Shown: one piece after another, positions 30,035-37,214 of the stretch
Layout: every line of letters starts with the position of its first letter
Numbering within the stretch: the stretch's first letter is position 1
NCBI GenBank assembly: GCA_045576295.1
Contig: JAZNGF010000035.1
Coordinates: forward strand, 58 to 64,057
From: Acutalibacteraceae bacterium
Lineage (GTDB): Bacteria; Bacillota; Clostridia; Oscillospirales; Acutalibacteraceae
Length of the DNA stretch: 64,000 bases
Reading direction: 5' to 3'
The notes under the pieces: model-generated
What the model was told of the DNA's origin: nothing
Databases searched by the model: none
What the model saw: the letters and a program-made list of their open reading frames with translations, nothing else
Translations under genes and position numbers: made by a program

Positions 30035-30362
30035 TATAAAAAATGACGCTTACTATATTAAGAAAATGCTAAAGGACATTAAGTTTATTATAAATAACAC
30101 AAAGGGAATAACACTTGACGAGCTTGAAGCAAACGAGGTGCTGTGCGACTCTGTTCTTTTTCGTTTGATACAAATCTCTGAAAACTCAGTGAAACTTACC
30201 CCTGATTTTAAGGCAAGGCACAACGATATTCCTTGGCAGGCCATCAAGGGTATGAGAAACAAAATTGTTCACGAATACGGCGATGTTGAGTTTGATATTG
30301 TTCATCAAACAGTTACAGAGGATATACCCGAAATTTGTAAGAAGCTTGACAGTCTTGTGTGA
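30027..30362 (+). CDS. hepT: HepT-type (DUF86) RNase toxin
   Basis: A 111-aa ORF with the Rx4HxY motif (RNKIVHEY), paired with the NTase gene. Confidence 0.85.
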   Translation: MDNIKNDAYYIKKMLKDIKFIINNTKGITLDELEANEVLCDSVLFRLIQISENSVKLTPDFKARHNDIPWQAIKGMRNKIVHEYGDVEFDIVHQTVTEDIPEICKKLDSLV

Positions 30363-30419
30363 TTGTTTTATAAGGAAATGATAACCAAGATTGCAGAAGT
30401 ATGTGTTTAAATTATTTTG

Positions 30420-30620
30420 TTGTAAAAGCGTTAAAAGTGTGATAAAATAAACTCACCACACAAATCATTATAGGCGTATTACAAGAGAATGTTTTTTGTT
30501 TCGGCAAAAACACATTCTCCGCTTGTGCATTCCTTGTGATATGCCAAAAGATTTGTGTGGTAACAATCTGGAGCTATGTGTTTTTCGGTGCGTAGCTTCG
30601 GTTGCGCACTTTTTTGTTTT
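30420..30620 (+). promoter_or_regulatory. Candidate structured 5' leader, copy b (promoter, nested helices, cUUCGg-loop terminator)
   Basis: Promoter: TTGTAA (30420-30425), 17-nt spacer, TGtgaTAAAAT (30443-30448). Helices: P1 30456-30466/30550-30560; P2 30473-30484/30534-30545; P3 30485-30498/30505-30519. The terminator hairpin at 30587-30609 is followed by T6 at 30610-30615. Confidence 0.65.
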
Positions 30621-30633
30621 TACGAGGTATTAA

Positions 30634-30867
30634 ATGAAAGACAAGTCAGAGATTTACAAAACATTCGGCAAAAGATTAAAGGCAATAAGAAAAGAACTTA
30701 AAATGACTCAGATTGATTTTTCGAAGCACTTGTCGATAGATAGAAGCCTTTACACAAAGTATGAAACCGGAGCATCTATGCCACCCGGCTATAAGCTATA
30801 TGAAATGGCTAAAAATCTTGGTGTATCAACTGATTTTTTATTAGGGCTTAACGATAATGATAATTAG
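30634..30867 (+). CDS. Small XRE-family HTH regulator (77 aa), paralog of 35176-35418
   Basis: HTH_3 sequence (LKAIRKELKMTQIDFSKHLSIDRSLYTKYETG) and the shared tail DFLLGLNDNDN. A GAGG RBS precedes it. Confidence 0.85.
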   Translation: MKDKSEIYKTFGKRLKAIRKELKMTQIDFSKHLSIDRSLYTKYETGASMPPGYKLYEMAKNLGVSTDFLLGLNDNDN

Positions 30868-30883
30868 TGTTTTACATAAAATG

Positions 30884-30907
30884 CGGTGCCACACGGCACC
30901 GTTTTTT
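30884..30907 (+). terminator. Intrinsic terminator after the XRE gene
   Basis: CGGTGCC-acac-GGCACCG followed by T6. Confidence 0.8.
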
Positions 30908-30968
30908 AGTATCGTTTTTTAATTGTTAACAAATAGTAAAAAGTGCGTGAAATATGGTGCTCTTCCCG

Positions 30969-30997
30969 TTGACATATAATTTTTAGGGTGTTAAAAT
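30969..30997 (+). promoter_or_regulatory. Putative promoter of the ABC exporter pair
   Basis: TTGACA (30969-30974), a 17-nt spacer, TAAAAT (30992-30997). Confidence 0.55.
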
Positions 30998-31055
30998 ATA
31001 CTAATATGTTAGATTTAATATGAAATTTTAACGTTCAACCACGGGGGTTCAACAA

Positions 31056-32795
31056 ATGATTTTAAAATTACTAAAATGTGTGCGAGAATACAAAAAAACC
31101 TCGATACTCACGCCGATTTTGGTTACAGGCGAGGTTATTCTTGAATGCTTAATACCGTTTATTATTGCAAAGCTGGTTTCGGCAATTCAGGCCGGTGCAA
31201 CGGTTGGCGAAATTGCTAAATACGGCGGTGTTTTAACCGTTATGGCGGCGTTATCACTCATATTCGGTGCGGTTGCAGGTTCAACTGCCGCAACAGCTTC
31301 TTGCGGTTTTGCAAAGAATATACGAAAAGATCTATTTTATAAAATTCAAGACTTTTCGTTTGCGAATATCGACAGGTTTTCAACCTCATCGCTGGTTACA
31401 AGGCTCACAACCGACATAACCAATGTTCAAATGTCGTATATGATGATTATCAGAACCGCGGTTAGAGGCCCGCTTATGATAATTTTCTCGTTTGTTATGG
31501 CGGCCGTTATGGGCGGAAAGCTCGCGTTCATTTTTGCCTGTCTTTTACCTGTTTTGGCGTTCTTCTTCCTTTTTATCATCAAAAAGGTTATGCCTATATT
31601 TAAGCGAGCCTTTAAAAAATACGATAACCTCAACCGCGAAATTCAAGAAAACGTTCGCGGAATAAGGGTTGTTAAATCATTTGTTAGAGAAGACTACGAA
31701 AAGAAAAAATTCAACACCGCATCTGACGGGGTTAGAGAAGACTTCACAGTGGCTGATAAAATTATGGTGCTTTCAAACCCGCTTTTGCAGCTCTGCCTTT
31801 ATATTAATATGATAGCCATTATGTTCTTTGGCTCTAAAATCATAATTTCGGGCGGCGCGCTTAACGTTGGCCAGCTTTCGGCACTTATCACCTACGGCTT
31901 CCAGATTTTAATGAGCCTTATGATGATTTCGATGGTTTTTGTTATGATAACAATTTCAGGCGAATCGGCCGCGCGTATTGTTGAGGTGCTGGGCGAAAAA
32001 TCAACAATCACAAACCCCGAAAACCCCGAAATGCAGGTTAAAAACGGCAGCATTGACTTTAACGGTGTTTCGTTTAAATATTCCGAAAAGGCCAAAGAAA
32101 TGGCGCTTTCAAGCATCGAGCTTCACATTAAATCGGGCGAAACCATTGGAATTATTGGCGGAACAGGGTCGGGCAAAAGCTCGCTTATACAGTTAATACC
32201 CCGCCTTTACGATGCAACCGAGGGCTCAGTTATGGTTGGCGGACGTGATGTTAGAAAGTACGACATTGAATCGCTTCGAAATGCGGTTTCGGTTGTTTTG
32301 CAGAAAAACGAGCTCTTTTCGGGAACAATTAAAGAAAACCTTCGCTGGGGCAACCCCGACGCGAGCGATGAAGAGCTGATTGAAGCCTGCAAAATGGCGG
32401 CGGCACACGAGTTTGTGTCATCCTTCCCCGATGGATACGACACATTCATTGAGCAGGGCGGCGCCAATGTTTCGGGCGGGCAGAAACAGCGCCTTTGCAT
32501 TGCAAGGGCATTGCTTAAAAAGCCTAAGATTTTAATTTTAGATGATTCCACAAGCGCGGTTGACACCAAAACCGATGCAATGATTCGCGCCGCGTTTGAA
32601 AAATATATTCCCGAAACCACAAAGCTTATCATCGCTCAACGCATTTCTTCAGTTGAAAAGGCCGACCGCATTGTGGTTATGGACGACGGCAAGATAAACG
32701 ACGTTGGCACCCACGAAGAGCTGCTAAAGCGCAATGAAATCTACAAAGATGTTTACGAATCTCAAAACAAGGCAGGTGTTAGCGATGAGAGGTAG
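31056..32795 (+). CDS. ABC exporter half-transporter (TMD-NBD), degenerate-site subunit
   Basis: Six-helix TMD, Walker A GGTGSGKSS, signature VSGGQKQR, and Walker B ILILDD followed by S instead of the catalytic E. Confidence 0.9.
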   Translation: MILKLLKCVREYKKTSILTPILVTGEVILECLIPFIIAKLVSAIQAGATVGEIAKYGGVLTVMAALSLIFGAVAGSTAATASCGFAKNIRKDLFYKIQDFSFANIDRFSTSSLVTRLTTDITNVQMSYMMIIRTAVRGPLMIIFSFVMAAVMGGKLAFIFACLLPVLAFFFLFIIKKVMPIFKRAFKKYDNLNREIQENVRGIRVVKSFVREDYEKKKFNTASDGVREDFTVADKIMVLSNPLLQLCLYINMIAIMFFGSKIIISGGALNVGQLSALITYGFQILMSLMMISMVFVMITISGESAARIVEVLGEKSTITNPENPEMQVKNGSIDFNGVSFKYSEKAKEMALSSIELHIKSGETIGIIGGTGSGKSSLIQLIPRLYDATEGSVMVGGRDVRKYDIESLRNAVSVVLQKNELFSGTIKENLRWGNPDASDEELIEACKMAAAHEFVSSFPDGYDTFIEQGGANVSGGQKQRLCIARALLKKPKILILDDSTSAVDTKTDAMIRAAFEKYIPETTKLIIAQRISSVEKADRIVVMDDGKINDVGTHEELLKRNEIYKDVYESQNKAGVSDER

Positions 32796-34719
32796 ACCGA
32801 ATATGAAGCAAATGCCCAAAGGCGGGCCGCGACCTGCACCAAAAAAAGGCGTGTTCGGCAGGCTTATTAAAGAGTTGTTCCGCGCCTACCCCGTAGCGCT
32901 GCCTATTGTTATTGTTGCAATTTTAGTAAACGCTATTGTTTCATCAATTCCTGCAGTGTTTATGCAAAACATTTACAAGCTTATCGAAGAGTCACTTAAA
33001 GATTCAACCCCTTGGGCAAAAGCCTCAGGCGAAATTATCAAATTCGTTATTATGCTGGCGACTCTTTACCTTATTTCTATCATTTTAGGCTTTTTATATA
33101 ACCGAATGATGGCAACCATCACCCAAGGCTTTTTGCACAAAATGCGCCTTAAAATGTTTGGCGTTATGCAAGGGCTTCCTGTTAAGTTTTTCGATTCTAA
33201 CAATAATGGCGATATTATGAGTTATTACACCAACGACGTTGACACTATGCGCCAGTTGGTATCACAAAGCCTGCCGCACATTTTAACATCGGTTACAACC
33301 GTTTTAACCGTTGCCTTTTTAATGCTTTACTATAGCGTTTGGCTATTCCTTGTTGTATGCGTTGGCGTTGTTGCAATGCTTATGGTTACTTCAAAGGTGG
33401 GCGGAAATTCCTCGAAATACTTTATCGGCCAGCAACGTTCGGTTGCAGGCACCGAAGGCTATGTTGAAGAAATGATGAACGGCCAAAAGGTTGTTAAGGT
33501 TTTCTGCCACGAAAAGGAAAGCCGCGAAGGATTCGACAAGCTTAACGACGAGCTGTTTGAAAACTCACGAAAAGCCCATAAATACGCAAACATTTTAATG
33601 CCCATTCTTGGAAATATAGGCAACATTCTTTATGTTATTGTTGCGCTCGTTGGCGGAACACTTTTGGTTTTAAATGTTCCGAATGTTTCAATTTCGGGGC
33701 TTGCTTTAGGCATAAACATTGTGGTTCCCTTCCTTAATATGACCAAGCAGTTTTCGGGCAATATTGGGCAGGTTTCATCGCAAATCAACTCAATCATAAT
33801 GGGCCTTGCAGGTGCATCGCGCGTGTTTGAGCTTATTGATGAAAAGCCCGAGGTAGACAACGGCTATGTAACACTTGTTAATGTTCGCGAAGAAAACGGC
33901 AAACTTACCGAATGCAAAGAAAAAACAGGAATGTGGGCTTGGAAACACCCCCACTCGGCCGACGGCTCGGTTACCTATACAAAGCTTTTGGGCGATGTTA
34001 GAATGAACGAGGTTGATTTTGGCTATGTTCCCGAAAAAATCGTGCTTAAAAATGTTTCGCTTTATGCTAAGCCCGGGCAAAAGGTTGCCTTTGTTGGCGC
34101 AACAGGCGCCGGCAAAACAACCATAACCAACCTTATTAACAGGTTTTACGACATTGCCGACGGTAAGATTAGGTATGACGGCATTAACATTAACAAAATC
34201 AAAAAGGCCGACCTTCGCCGTTCGCTTGGCATTGTTCTGCAAGATATTAACCTTTTCACCGGAACGGTTATGGATAACATCCGCTACGGCAAGCTTGACG
34301 CAACTGATGAAGAATGCATTGCCGCCGCACGCCTTGCCGGGGCCGACAGTTTTATTAGGCGCCTGCCCGATGGCTATAACACGCAGCTTTCGGCCAGCAG
34401 TGCCAACCTTTCGCAAGGCCAGCGCCAGCTTATTGCCATAGCGCGCGCCGCCGTTAACGACCCACCCGTTATGATTATGGACGAGGCAACATCTTCAATC
34501 GATACCAGAACCGAGGCTATAGTTCAGCGCGGAATGGACGCTTTAATGAAGGGCAGAACCGTTTTTGTTATTGCGCACCGCCTTTCAACCATTAAAAATT
34601 CCGATGTTATTATGATGCTTGATCACGGCGAGATAATCGAGCGCGGAAGCCACGATGAGCTTATGGCCAAAAAGGGCAAATACTACGAGCTTTACACCGG
34701 CGCATTCGAGCTTGATTGA
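32785..34719 (+). CDS. ABC exporter half-transporter (TMD-NBD), consensus-site subunit
   Basis: Walker A GATGAGKTT, non-canonical signature LSQGQRQ, and Walker B VMIMDEATS with the catalytic E. The start is ATG 32785 (overlapping) or 32803. Confidence 0.9.
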   Translation: MRGRPNMKQMPKGGPRPAPKKGVFGRLIKELFRAYPVALPIVIVAILVNAIVSSIPAVFMQNIYKLIEESLKDSTPWAKASGEIIKFVIMLATLYLISIILGFLYNRMMATITQGFLHKMRLKMFGVMQGLPVKFFDSNNNGDIMSYYTNDVDTMRQLVSQSLPHILTSVTTVLTVAFLMLYYSVWLFLVVCVGVVAMLMVTSKVGGNSSKYFIGQQRSVAGTEGYVEEMMNGQKVVKVFCHEKESREGFDKLNDELFENSRKAHKYANILMPILGNIGNILYVIVALVGGTLLVLNVPNVSISGLALGINIVVPFLNMTKQFSGNIGQVSSQINSIIMGLAGASRVFELIDEKPEVDNGYVTLVNVREENGKLTECKEKTGMWAWKHPHSADGSVTYTKLLGDVRMNEVDFGYVPEKIVLKNVSLYAKPGQKVAFVGATGAGKTTITNLINRFYDIADGKIRYDGININKIKKADLRRSLGIVLQDINLFTGTVMDNIRYGKLDATDEECIAAARLAGADSFIRRLPDGYNTQLSASSANLSQGQRQLIAIARAAVNDPPVMIMDEATSSIDTRTEAIVQRGMDALMKGRTVFVIAHRLSTIKNSDVIMMLDHGEIIERGSHDELMAKKGKYYELYTGAFELD

Positions 34720-34740
34720 TTAAACTGAATACACGTATAG

Positions 34741-34777
34741 TCAAGGCATTTCACTGTGTGGAGTGCCTTGATTTTTT
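34741..34777 (+). terminator. Intrinsic terminator after the ABC pair
   Basis: TCAAGGCATT...AGTGCCTTGA followed by T6. Confidence 0.8.
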
Positions 34778-34800
34778 ATAAATCTACCGTCTGCATCGTT

Positions 34801-34897
34801 GGGGCGGATGCCCTCATCCGCCCGTGCAGAGCTATGCTTTTGAATTCCCCTTGTATATCACATTAATTGCCCGCGGGACGATGTGGGCATCGTCCCC
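34801..34897. repeat. Pair of inverted, homologous GC-rich hairpins (REP/MITE-like)
   Basis: GGGGCGGATG-ccctc-ATCCGCCCG (34801-34824) and, in opposite orientation, CGGGACGATG-tgggc-ATCGTCCCC (34874-34897), separated by about 49 nt. Confidence 0.6.
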
Positions 34898-34958
34898 TAC
34901 AAGATAAATGATAAACCCCCTTTTATTTTTACAGTAAATGAATTATTAAATAAATTTA

Positions 34959-35160
34959 TTGTAAAGTGATGAAAAATGTGGTAAACTAATCTTGCGACGT
35001 AACTTCATTTGAATATTACCCAGTCGAGAGGTGCATTTTACTAAGGTAAAAATGCATACTCTTTTTCGTGCATTCTTGATTGGGTGCTGAAGTTGCGTCG
35101 CAGCAATTGGAGTTATGCGTTTTTCGGTGCGCTTAACTTCGGTTGGCGCACTTTTTTGTT
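34959..35160 (+). promoter_or_regulatory. Candidate structured 5' leader, copy c (promoter, nested helices, cUUCGg-loop terminator)
   Basis: Promoter: TTGTAA (34959-34964), 17-nt spacer, TAAACT (34982-34987). Helices: P1 34993-35007/35088-35102; P2 35018-35028/35075-35085; P3 about 35033-35041/35046-35055. The terminator hairpin at 35126-35151 is followed by T6 at 35152-35157. Confidence 0.65.
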
Positions 35161-35175
35161 TAAGAGGTTATTTTG

Positions 35176-35418
35176 ATGTTGGAATATGAAGAAATGCACA
35201 AAAACTTTTGCACAAATTTAAAGGATATGCGCAAGCAAATGCAAATGACACAAGAAGATTTTGCAAGGTTTATTGGCATTGGGCGCACATTATATACTAA
35301 ATATGAAACGTGTGCGGCAACACCCACATTTATAAAACTGCTCAAAATAATATCTGCTTTAAATGTATCAGCAGATTTTTTGTTCGGAATAAAAGCCAAC
35401 GATAATATAGATAAATAA
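35176..35418 (+). CDS. Small XRE-family HTH regulator (80 aa), paralog of 30634-30867
   Basis: ATG at 35176 behind an AGAGG RBS. HTH sequence LKDMRKQMQMTQEDFARFIGIGRTLYTKYET and tail DFLFGIKANDN. Confidence 0.85.
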   Translation: MLEYEEMHKNFCTNLKDMRKQMQMTQEDFARFIGIGRTLYTKYETCAATPTFIKLLKIISALNVSADFLFGIKANDNIDK

Positions 35419-35421
35419 TTT

Positions 35422-35460
35422 AAAAGGGTTCCCCACTAAACCGTGAGGAACCCTTGTTTT
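35422..35460. terminator. Bidirectional terminator shared by the XRE gene and murA
   Basis: AAGGGTTCC...GGAACCCTT, flanked by an A-run on one side and a T-run on the other. Confidence 0.75.
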
Positions 35461-35471
35461 AATGTAAACCA

Positions 35472-36770
35472 CTATATTGCTTTTTTGTTTTCATAATCAT
35501 CGGGCACGTAAACGCGCTTAATATCAGCGCCAACTGCCGTTAACTTATCAACTATTGTTTCATAGCCGCGATCGATATACTGAATATCTAAAACCTCAGT
35601 TTTTCCATTAGCCATTAAGCCTGCCATAATCATAGCGGCACCTGCGCGAAGATCGGTTGCGTGAACGCGTGAAGGCTTTAATTCTTCAACGCCTTTTATA
35701 ATAGCATTCTTGCCGTCAACCTGAATTTCAACACCCATTGACGAAAGCTGGTCGACATATCTGAAACGGTTGTCCCACACGCCTTCGCTTACAATGCTAA
35801 CGCCTTCGGCAACCGAAAGCAGCGTTGTCATCTGCGGTTGCATATCGGTTGGGAAGCCCGGGTGCGGCTGGGTTGTAACATTGCAGGCCTTGGGACGCCC
35901 GTTTGCTATAACCCTAACAGCTTCGTCAAATTCTTGAACTATTGCGCCCGATTCGATAATTTTTGCAGTTATCGATTCCAAGTGCTTCGGGATAACATTT
36001 TTAATTAAAAGGTTGCTTTTTGTTGCGGCGGCAAGCGCCATATATGTTCCAGCCTCAATCTGGTCGGGTATAATGCTGTAGGTTGTGCCGTTTAAGTGGT
36101 CAACCCCGCGGATTTTAATAATATTAGTGCCCGCGCCCATAATATCGGCACCCATTGAGTTTAAGAAGTTTGCAAGGTCAACAATGTGCGGTTCGCGTGC
36201 GGCGTTTTCAATAACAGTCATACCATTAGCGCGAACGGCTGCCAGCATAATGTTAATTGTTGCCCCAACCGAAACCTTATCGAGGTATACCGAGTTGCCG
36301 TTAAGCTCTTTAGCAGATGCAACCACCATACCATCTTCATAAGTTACCTTTGCGCCAAGCGCTTCAAAGCCCTTTATGTGCTGGTCGATCGGCCTTGTGC
36401 CGAAATCGCACCCGCCGGGGGGCGCTACTTTTGCCTTATTAAAACGGCCTAAAAATGCGCCTATAAAATAACTGCTTGCACGCATATTTGAGGTTAAACT
36501 GTGCGGCAAAACGGCTGAATTTATGTTTCTTGGGTCAATTTCAATAGTGTGTGCATCAAGCGCGATAACTGAAGCCCCAAGTTTATATATTATATTTATA
36601 ATATCATTAACATCGGAAATATCGGGGATATTTTCAATACGGCATACTCCACCCGACAAAATAACTGCCGGAAGAATTGCCACTGCAGCATTTTTAGCGC
36701 CGCTGATACATATTTCACCATGCAGGCGCTTACCGCCGTTTATTATGAACTTTTCCAATCTACACGGCAC
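35472..36770 (-). CDS. murA: UDP-N-acetylglucosamine 1-carboxyvinyltransferase
   Basis: A 432-aa ORF with the EPSP-synthase-like fold, a GAKNAA N-terminal motif and the active-site region PGGCDFGTRPID. The exact start is uncertain within the first about 5 codons. Confidence 0.93.
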   Translation of the reverse strand: MPCRLEKFIINGGKRLHGEICISGAKNAAVAILPAVILSGGVCRIENIPDISDVNDIINIIYKLGASVIALDAHTIEIDPRNINSAVLPHSLTSNMRASSYFIGAFLGRFNKAKVAPPGGCDFGTRPIDQHIKGFEALGAKVTYEDGMVVASAKELNGNSVYLDKVSVGATINIMLAAVRANGMTVIENAAREPHIVDLANFLNSMGADIMGAGTNIIKIRGVDHLNGTTYSIIPDQIEAGTYMALAAATKSNLLIKNVIPKHLESITAKIIESGAIVQEFDEAVRVIANGRPKACNVTTQPHPGFPTDMQPQMTTLLSVAEGVSIVSEGVWDNRFRYVDQLSSMGVEIQVDGKNAIIKGVEELKPSRVHATDLRAGAAMIMAGLMANGKTEVLDIQYIDRGYETIVDKLTAVGADIKRVYVPDDYENKKAI

Positions 36771-36905
36771 TCCTAACCTAAATTATTTGCAAAAACCCAT
36801 TTAATCATAATACAACATTTATATTATACCACTAAATGCCCAAAAGTCAAACTGTAATTACTTTACACCCGGCTTTTTGTTAATAATATTGAATTTTGCA
36901 CAGCG

Positions 36906-37214
36906 CTATCCTAAAATCATTCCCAATATTGCCGAAACCACAGCCACCACACATAGCGCAAAGCCGGCGATTGTTGGAATAACAAATCGGGCGTTAAAAC
37001 TGCGGTCGAAATCGTCGTATTTCCAATCGAAAGCGAATTTGGGCGGTTGCGATTCGCTTCCACCACCTAAAGCCGAAGATTCGTTTTCAATTCGCATGCG
37101 CGAAAGCCTGCTGCTGTTCACCTTTTTTGATATCAAAAGGTATATGGTAACGCTAAGCCCTAAAACTGCCGCTGCTACCGAAACTATAAAAAGTATATCA
37201 GATGCTAATTTCAT
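36906..37214 (-). CDS. Small two-TM membrane protein, translationally coupled to uvrB
   Basis: A 102-aa ORF whose ATG overlaps the uvrB stop (ATGA). It has hydrophobic N- and C-terminal helices. Confidence 0.55.
   Translation of the reverse strand: MKLASDILFIVSVAAAVLGLSVTIYLLISKKVNSSRLSRMRIENESSALGGGSESQPPKFAFDWKYDDFDRSFNARFVIPTIAGFALCVVAVVSAILGMILG

Noticed and set aside
30576-30700. A possible leader peptide in the repeated leaders. GGAG-N2-3-ATG precedes the terminator in copies b and c (MCFSVRSFGCALFCF... and MRFSVRLTSVGALFC...), suggesting ribosome-mediated attenuation like bmrB-bmrCD.
   Set aside because: The GGAG-to-ATG spacing is only 2-3 nt. Copy a has no ATG at that position. Conservation follows base pairing (compensated stem changes, invariant UUCG loop) rather than codons, and the indels are explained by stem length. 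It is kept only as an alternative to test.
30420-35460. The XRE-ABC-XRE unit considered as a composite transposon or mobile cassette bounded by the directly repeated 57-nt modules.
   Set aside because: There is no transposase, recombinase, terminal inverted repeat or target-site duplication. The repeats sit inside promoter-to-RBS leaders and are better explained as regulatory RNA.
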